From: Nitrospirota bacterium
Lineage (GTDB): Bacteria; Nitrospirota; Nitrospiria; Nitrospirales; NS-4
Direction: 5' to 3'
Assembly (NCBI GenBank): GCA_005877615.1
Contig: VBOD01000108.1
Location: forward strand, 18,750 to 82,749
DNA: 64,000 bases
A program made the translations under genes and the position numbers. Positions 1 to 5,712 of this stretch are shown here, one piece after another. Position 1 is the first letter of the stretch; every line of letters starts with the position of its first letter. The notes below the pieces were generated by a model. That model had not been told where the DNA came from, did no database searches, and saw only the letters and a program-made list of their open reading frames with translations.

Positions 1-1
1 G

Positions 2-715
2 CGCCAGATTCGTACCATCGATGCCAGCGCCGCCGTGATGATTCTGACCGCATGGGGATCTGATGCGCTAGAAAAGCAGGCCCGCCAGTTGGGCGTGACC
101 GATTTTCTGAGCAAAACGCTCGCGCTCGACACTATTATTACTTCCATGGAGCAGTTTCTCCCACCGGCAGCCGAGGCGGTGCAGCCGCCTTCACCGCCGC
201 CAGAACCACCTCCAGTTCATACGAAGTCTCCTTCACCGCCTGTCGAGAAACCAAAGGCAAAGAGCGTTCCCTCAGATCACGCGAGGTCTCTTTCACCACC
301 AGTAGAGAAACCGAAGGCAAAGAGCGCTCCGCCCAAGGTCCCAGGGACCAATCGTATTTTCCTCATAGAGAGCAACACCTATGTCAGCAAATACCTCAGA
401 CAGTTTTTGGCCCAGCGAGGGATTCCCGTAGAAGAAGTCAACGACGGCCCTACAGCCTTGGAACTCGTGAGCAAGGAAATGCCGCGGCTCATTGTTCTGA
501 ACATGGACCTTCAAGGGATGGAGGGACTGGAGGTCATGAGGGAATTGCGGGCCAAGAAGTACACTGGCGGAATCATCATGTTGTGCAGCTCTGAAGATGA
601 GACCTTGTTGAACCTGGCAATCGACATGGGGTCGGTCGACATTTTGGGAAAGCCTGTTGATCCCGAACGACTCGCGGTGGCGATCCAGGTCGGCTTGCTG
701 CTGGGGAAAGGGTGA
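2..715 (+). CDS. Response regulator with two receiver (REC) domains joined by a Pro-rich linker; 5' end outside window
   Basis: The frame of ORF 35..715 stays open back to base 2 (RQIRTIDASAAVMILTAWGSD, the end of a first REC domain). The second REC domain reads NRIFLIESN...LNMDLQGMEGLEVMRELR...GKPVD. Stop is at 713-715. Confidence 0.8.
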   Translation, partial: RQIRTIDASAAVMILTAWGSDALEKQARQLGVTDFLSKTLALDTIITSMEQFLPPAAEAVQPPSPPPEPPPVHTKSPSPPVEKPKAKSVPSDHARSLSPPVEKPKAKSAPPKVPGTNRIFLIESNTYVSKYLRQFLAQRGIPVEEVNDGPTALELVSKEMPRLIVLNMDLQGMEGLEVMRELRAKKYTGGIIMLCSSEDETLLNLAIDMGSVDILGKPVDPERLAVAIQVGLLLGKG

Positions 716-1017
716 GCGTGAACGGACGTCGCGAAATGGCACAAGAGAGACCGAAGTGCCCCAATGGGCATCCCGGTCAGATGACTCCTATGAAGAAGCA
801 TCCCTATGAGGTCGGTACTAATCCCCAGCCAGGGTGGATGTGCGAAGTGTGTGGGGCTACCGTGATGCGCTGTTTCTGTGGTTGGCCGCTGTACCGTGAT
901 CAATCAACGCTTGTCTTTGAGGATTGCAGGAATCCAGACTGCGTATTGGCGAAAAAGACTCTACCAAAGGCAATGAAGAAGAAACGTAGCGCCTCCAGGC
1001 GACCGCCACGACGCTGA
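712..1017 (+). CDS. Hypothetical small Cys/His-rich protein with basic C-terminal tail (possible zinc binding)
   Basis: ORF track, 101 aa. The GTG start overlaps the upstream stop as GTGA, with GGGGAAAGG just upstream. Motifs are CPNGH, CEVCG, CFCG and CRNPDC. No family recognised. Confidence 0.45.
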   Translation: MSVNGRREMAQERPKCPNGHPGQMTPMKKHPYEVGTNPQPGWMCEVCGATVMRCFCGWPLYRDQSTLVFEDCRNPDCVLAKKTLPKAMKKKRSASRRPPRR

Positions 1018-1085
1018 CAAACCTCTCGCGTTTTCCCTCGGATCGGACTACACTTAATTGGGTACGCTCAACGAAGGAGTCGCCT

Positions 1086-1484
1086 GTGCCACGCGGTCGC
1101 ATCCTAGTGGTGGATGATGAGGTGTCGGTCCGAGAGTCCGTGCGCCTCGTGCTAGACCAAGCCGGCTATGAGGTCATTGAGGCGGAGGACGGCGCCCGGG
1201 CGATGGAGACCGTCCAATCAGGTGATAACCCGTCGCGCCTGGATGCTGTCATCCTGGACCTGTACATGCCGAAAATTCATGGCCAGGAGGTCATCTTCTT
1301 CCTCCGGTCCAAGTTCCCTGCCATCCCCATCATCGTGCTGACCGGCAAACCGGATGTGCCCGACATCATCCGGTCGTTCGATGAAGGTGTGGTGGATTTT
1401 CTGGTGAAGCCTGTGCACCCGGACAATCTACTGGCGTCGGTGGCCAAGGCGGTCCAGGGGCGCGGCCGCTCGCCTTCCCAGTAA
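1086..1484 (+). CDS. Single-domain response regulator (CheY-like receiver)
   Basis: ILVVDDE...DAVILDLYMPKIHG...LTGKPD...DFLVKP receiver motifs. GAAGGAG lies 6 nt before the GTG start. Confidence 0.85.
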   Translation: MPRGRILVVDDEVSVRESVRLVLDQAGYEVIEAEDGARAMETVQSGDNPSRLDAVILDLYMPKIHGQEVIFFLRSKFPAIPIIVLTGKPDVPDIIRSFDEGVVDFLVKPVHPDNLLASVAKAVQGRGRSPSQ

Positions 1485-1485
1485 C

Positions 1486-2157
1486 GTGTCCCCTTTCCCC
1501 TTCATTCCCATCCGTCTCGCTTGTCTTCTCCTGCTGATTGTTTACGGGTTGAGCGGGTGTGCGGGTCGTCAGCCGAAGTATGCCGCTTCCCCTGCCGACT
1601 ATCCTGTCGGGTACGTCGAGCGCGGATACGCCTCCTGGTACGGTCCAGGATTTCACGGGAATAAGACCGCCAGTGGCGAAGTGTACGACAGCCATCGGTT
1701 AACGGCAGCCCACCGGACCCTCCCACTGGGCACCGTGGTGCAGGTCCGATCCCTCACCAATGGGCGTCGGGTCACGGTGCGCATTAACGACCGCGGTCCC
1801 TTCGTCAGGGGTCGAATCATTGATCTGTCGTTGGCAGGGGCACAAGCCCTGGCGATGGCCGGGCCGGGCACCGATCAGGTCGAACTCCGGGTCGTCGGGC
1901 ACGGCGGGCGCCCAGGCACATTGGGCCCTCTCAGGGTCCAAGTCGCCTCGTTTGGCGAGCAGGCCAATGCCCAGGCGCTGGCACGGAAACTCAAAGAAAC
2001 GTACTCTGACGTGCGAATCGTGACTGTTGAGCTTTCGTCGAGGAGGCGCTACAGGGTGCAAGTCGGACAATTCGTCTCGGCACAACAGGCTGAAGAGCTG
2101 GCCGAGCGTCTGGCGTCACAGTTCGATGTGGACCCGGTAGTGATCCGGGATGACTGA
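1486..2157 (+). CDS. rlpA: Septal ring lytic transglycosylase RlpA family lipoprotein (DPBB + SPOR)
   Basis: Lipobox LSGC. DPBB core ASWYGPGFHGNKTASGEVYD...RINDRGPFVRGRIIDLS. C-terminal SPOR-like segment LRVQVASFGEQANAQALARKL...YRVQVGQF. Confidence 0.85.
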   Translation: MSPFPFIPIRLACLLLLIVYGLSGCAGRQPKYAASPADYPVGYVERGYASWYGPGFHGNKTASGEVYDSHRLTAAHRTLPLGTVVQVRSLTNGRRVTVRINDRGPFVRGRIIDLSLAGAQALAMAGPGTDQVELRVVGHGGRPGTLGPLRVQVASFGEQANAQALARKLKETYSDVRIVTVELSSRRRYRVQVGQFVSAQQAEELAERLASQFDVDPVVIRDD

Positions 2158-2181
2158 AAGAAAAAGTGGAAGGAGCCGAAG

Positions 2182-2391
2182 ATGGTTAGAAAATATTTGA
2201 TGTCCCTGGTGATGGTGTTGCTTTTCCTCATTCTGTTGTCTGTCAACGGCCTACCCCAGACCGAGCCGGATTGTTCTCCAGCTGTCGAAGGGGCCTGCCA
2301 AAGAGCATTTGGAGGGTGCCTCAATGCGTGCGGTGGGGGGGACTCAAGATGCCAACAGGCGTGTTCGTATGCACGTGGCTTGTGTCACTAG
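2182..2391 (+). CDS. Secreted Cys-rich miniprotein (signal peptide + 7 Cys, twin CX3C)
   Basis: Strong RBS GGAAGGAG 6 nt upstream of the ATG. Hydrophobic signal MSLVMVLLFLILLSVNG. The mature part contains CLNAC and CQQAC. Confidence 0.5.
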   Translation: MVRKYLMSLVMVLLFLILLSVNGLPQTEPDCSPAVEGACQRAFGGCLNACGGGDSRCQQACSYARGLCH

Positions 2392-2394
2392 GTT

Positions 2395-2925
2395 TTACTG
2401 CGCTTTGCTCGCGGCGAGCCCCTCCCCCAGCAGCCATCCCAACGCGTACAGGATCGGCATCACCACAAGCGCTACGAGCGGAGGAAGCCCCAACGCAATC
2501 GCAATGCCGAGAGACCCGCTCGACGACGTGAAGTATTCGCTCCAGGCGACGACCTGAATCCAGCACAACGCGACGAGCGACCCGCATCCGGCGACGATCA
2601 CGCCAGTCTTCCGTGGAATGAAGATCGTTGCTTCTTCGCCTGCCGACGACTCGTAGATGCTCTGCGCCAGCACCGCGAAGGCGACAAACGGCAAGGCAGA
2701 CCAGAGCGCCTGCGAGAGAAACAGGAGCAGGTAGAGTCCCGGGCTGTCGCTGTAGACGGCCAAGAAGACCTGCAGCCGACCGGTCTCCAGGTAGCTATCC
2801 ACGGCGACCACGAGCAACAACGGCCAGACACACCCCGTCGCAATGATCGACCAGAAGACCGTCCAGGAGAAACGAGGCGTCAGCGCTGCGACTCGCTCTG
2901 GTGGCTCATCCAGGCCTGGAACCAC
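2395..2925 (-). CDS. Hypothetical polytopic membrane protein (start uncertain)
   Basis: The C-terminal ~165 aa of ORF 2395..3165 form 4-5 clear hydrophobic helices (FSWTVFWSIIATGCVWPLLLVVAV...). The upstream part of the ORF is R/P-rich and overlaps the 276-aa gene, so an internal start is used (GTG at 2925; alternative ATG at 3006). Confidence 0.45.
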   Translation of the reverse strand: MVPGLDEPPERVAALTPRFSWTVFWSIIATGCVWPLLLVVAVDSYLETGRLQVFLAVYSDSPGLYLLLFLSQALWSALPFVAFAVLAQSIYESSAGEEATIFIPRKTGVIVAGCGSLVALCWIQVVAWSEYFTSSSGSLGIAIALGLPPLVALVVMPILYALGWLLGEGLAASKAQ

Positions 2926-3710
2926 TGGTAGTCGCTCTGGTAGGCGAACTCGGTGGGCAGGACGGCAGCGTCCTTGGTCGCCAGCAAGGCATAGGACCGC
3001 GGCCATTGCTTTGTCCACCAGGATTTGAGCTCGTCGGGCTGGTACGGATCGCCGTCCGCGTTGCGAACGCCGGCCGCCGTAATCACGTCGCGCACGATCG
3101 GCCAGGCCCGGTCCTTTCCCAGCCCCACCGTGCGCAGGTGCTCCTTGAGCAGAAAGACCACCCACACCTCGGTGCTGTGCTTCTTGTTGTGCCGGAAGTG
3201 GACGACCTGGCGGAATGGCGTGGAGTTCAGGCTCTTGATCACGGACGTGTAGTCCGGCCCGCCGAGCCGCCCGGCGGCACCGGCGATGCCCTCGAGCAGC
3301 GCCGATAGGTCCAGCTCCGGCGTCGAGGAACTGGCCTCCTGCGCCTGCGGGCTATGAGGCTGCGGGTTCGGGCCGGGATGGGACTCCGTCAGCATCTGCA
3401 GGAATGGACGCAGCTCACGCAGGCGCTTCACAGCCTGTTTGAGAAGCCGTTCGGATTCGATCCAGTAGTCGAGGTCGCTCTTCACCGTCCGCTCCTTGCC
3501 GGCGGGAGGCAGGATGGGCGGCACCCAATAGCGGATCAAGACGAAGAGGACATAATCGAGGTCGCCCTTGGCGCCGTGCGCCTTCATGAGGGCTTCCATG
3601 CCCCCGGACTCCGGCGCCAGAAAGCTCTCGCACTGGGCATCCACGCCCAGCCGCTTGGCCGTCTGCCGCCACCAGGAGGTGAACTGCATCCATTGCGACG
3701 GAGTGAGCAT
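2880..3710 (-). CDS. Hypothetical Trp-rich protein, no recognisable family
   Basis: ORF track, 276 aa with non-shadow-like composition. AAGGGG lies 5 nt upstream of the ATG. It is divergent from the ECF sigma gene. Confidence 0.55.
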   Translation of the reverse strand: MLTPSQWMQFTSWWRQTAKRLGVDAQCESFLAPESGGMEALMKAHGAKGDLDYVLFVLIRYWVPPILPPAGKERTVKSDLDYWIESERLLKQAVKRLRELRPFLQMLTESHPGPNPQPHSPQAQEASSSTPELDLSALLEGIAGAAGRLGGPDYTSVIKSLNSTPFRQVVHFRHNKKHSTEVWVVFLLKEHLRTVGLGKDRAWPIVRDVITAAGVRNADGDPYQPDELKSWWTKQWPRSYALLATKDAAVLPTEFAYQSDYQWFQAWMSHQSESQR

Positions 3711-3815
3711 CGCGACCCCTTGCGCGCGCCCGGACGGCGGCGGGCGGGCCCCGCCGGGCTCTCAAGGCATCGTACTCCACCATGTGTCCGATTTCAATTC
3801 ACCCCATACATCTTT

Positions 3816-3844
3816 TTGCCGTCTCTGGCCGTAAATGCTATGAT
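3816..3844 (+). promoter_or_regulatory. Candidate sigma70-type promoter upstream of the ECF sigma gene
   Basis: TTGCCG (3816-3821), 17-nt spacer, TATGAT (3839-3844), 38 nt before the ATG at 3883. Confidence 0.35.
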
Positions 3845-3882
3845 GCGTCCGTGAGATTTCCTTTAGGGACGATTCACGGCGC

Positions 3883-4491
3883 ATGGACGCGTTGAGCCCG
3901 AAACACCCATCCACCGTCGATCACACGCTCCTGGCGCGGGTCGCCAAAGGGGATCAGGAGGCGTTCGAGCGGCTCTACGCGCAGACCAGTTCGCTGCTCT
4001 ACGCCCTCGTGTTGCGGATCGTGGGGAAGCCGGCCGACGCAGCGGACCTCCTGCAGGAGGTGTACCTGGAAGCCTGGCGCAAGGCCTCGAACTACGACAC
4101 CGCTCGAGGCGCTCCGATGGCCTGGCTGGTGACGCTGGCGAGAAGCCGCGCCATCGATTGGGTCCGCGCGCTGGCCGCCCGCGGCAAGGACGTGACCGCC
4201 TCCCTCGACGACACGCCCGCCTCAGACCTCATCGCCCAGAACGCAGACGCCCTGGACATCCGCGCGGCCAACGAGCGCCAGGCCCTGGTCCGGGCTTCTC
4301 TCAAGTCCCTGCCGCCGGTGCAGCAGCAAGCGATCGAGCTCGCCTTCTATGAGGGATTGACGCACACGGAGATCTCCGAACGTTTGCATGTGCCCTTGGG
4401 AACGATCAAGACGAGAATCCGTCTGGGGATGGAAAAGCTCCGGGACGGCCTGCAGACTCTCTGGGAGGAGGAGTTGGGGATCCCCAACTAG
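3883..4491 (+). CDS. ECF (group 4) RNA polymerase sigma factor, SigK-like
   Basis: Region 2 DLLQEVYLEAWRKASNYD...AWLVTLARSRAIDWVR. Region 4 QQQAIELAFYEGLTHTEISERLHVPLGTIKTRIRLGMEKLR. Confidence 0.9.
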   Translation: MDALSPKHPSTVDHTLLARVAKGDQEAFERLYAQTSSLLYALVLRIVGKPADAADLLQEVYLEAWRKASNYDTARGAPMAWLVTLARSRAIDWVRALAARGKDVTASLDDTPASDLIAQNADALDIRAANERQALVRASLKSLPPVQQQAIELAFYEGLTHTEISERLHVPLGTIKTRIRLGMEKLRDGLQTLWEEELGIPN

Positions 4492-4499
4492 GCGATCAG

Positions 4500-5696
4500 G
4501 TGGACCACGAGCAACTGGAAGAGAACCTGAGCCTGTACGCACTGGGCGCCCTCGACCCGGACTCGGTCCGCGAGATGGAACAGCACCTCGCGGCCGGATG
4601 CCCGGCGTGCAGTACCCTGCTCCGGCAATACCAGGCCGCCGTGACCATGCTCCCGTACGCGCTGCCGCACCAGACGCCCCCGCCTACACTCAAGTCCAGG
4701 ATCATGACAGCACTCTCTGGACCTGCCGCCTCCACCACCAGCGCGAGAGCGGACAGGCCCGCGTCCCCGGTGCCTATCCCGACCGCGCCGCCGGACCTGG
4801 TCTCGTCGCGCCCCTTCTCCAGGATCCCACAGGACCTGCCCGAGATGCCGGCACCGCAGCCCCTATCACGCCGCAGTGCGTCTCCCACGTGGCGGGAGCA
4901 GTTGAGGGCGACGTCCCCGGCCTTGGCCCACGCGCTTGAAGCCCTGCTGAAGCGTCTATCCCGCCGCCATGAGTTTCACAAATGGCGGGAGCAGATGAAG
5001 GTAGAGTCTCCGGCCTTCGCCGCCGCGCTTGGAGTCCTGCTGCTAGGTGTGGCAGGCTACGCCGTTCACCAGTACAACACGTTTGAAGCGGAACGAACGG
5101 CGACAGCCCGGGAGAGAGCAGAGGCGGCCCAATCGAAGCAGGAGACCGCCGATCTCAAACGCCAGTTGGCGGATAAGGAAGCCGCACTCACCAAAGCGAC
5201 GGATGAGCTGAAACGCACCGTCGAAACTCTGGGGACCACGCGCGAGCAACTCGCCCGGCACCAGGAACAGATCGACACGCTCCGGGCGCAACTCAAAACG
5301 GGGCGCGGCCGCAAGGGCGCCGAGGTTCTGCTGGCCGGAGGGGAGGATCTCCTGCGCATCCTGTCCTCCCCCACCGCCAAGATGGCGGATCTGCACGGGA
5401 CCGACGAGGCCAAGGACGCGTATGCCCTGGTGTTTGTGGAACCGGAGACGCGGCGCGGGTTCTTCTACGCCAACAATCTCCCGTCTCTCCCAGCCGGCAA
5501 GACCTACCAGCTCTGGGTGATCACCGACAAACCCGTCAGCGCCGGGGTGTTCTCAATCGATCGCGGGCACAAGGGCCGCCTGCTGATGCGCAACATTCCC
5601 GTCGTGCGCCGCATCAAGAAATTCGCGGTGAGCCTCGAACCGGAAGGCGGCCTCCCGCAGCCGACCGGCAGCATCTACCTGGCCGGCGCGCCGTAA
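4500..5696 (+). CDS. Anti-sigma factor (N-terminal zf-HC2, one TM helix, C-terminal RskA-like domain)
   Basis: HLAAGCPAC zinc motif and TM helix AFAAALGVLLLGVAGYAV. The C-terminal motif YQLWVITDKPVSAGVF...FAVSLEPEGG is typical of anti-sigma-K RskA. It lies directly downstream of the ECF sigma gene. Confidence 0.8.
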   Translation: MDHEQLEENLSLYALGALDPDSVREMEQHLAAGCPACSTLLRQYQAAVTMLPYALPHQTPPPTLKSRIMTALSGPAASTTSARADRPASPVPIPTAPPDLVSSRPFSRIPQDLPEMPAPQPLSRRSASPTWREQLRATSPALAHALEALLKRLSRRHEFHKWREQMKVESPAFAAALGVLLLGVAGYAVHQYNTFEAERTATARERAEAAQSKQETADLKRQLADKEAALTKATDELKRTVETLGTTREQLARHQEQIDTLRAQLKTGRGRKGAEVLLAGGEDLLRILSSPTAKMADLHGTDEAKDAYALVFVEPETRRGFFYANNLPSLPAGKTYQLWVITDKPVSAGVFSIDRGHKGRLLMRNIPVVRRIKKFAVSLEPEGGLPQPTGSIYLAGAP

Positions 5697-5712
5697 GCGC
5701 CCCGAACCTTCC

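Noticed and set aside
2413-2428. An isolated GCCCCTCCCCC motif at the 3' end of the membrane-protein gene looks like a half-site of the repeat element.
   Set aside because: No partner arm (GGGAGGGG) or GTGGGTG head is present nearby. It is a single short G/C run.
5340-5371. An inverted repeat, GGGGAGGA-16 nt-TCCTCCCC, inside the anti-sigma gene superficially resembles the in-frame repeat element.
   Set aside because: It lacks the GTGGGTG head and the GGGGCCCC core. It also encodes part of the conserved RskA-like domain (LLRILSSPTAKMADL) rather than a Gly/Pro insert. The similarity is probably chance in GC-rich sequence.
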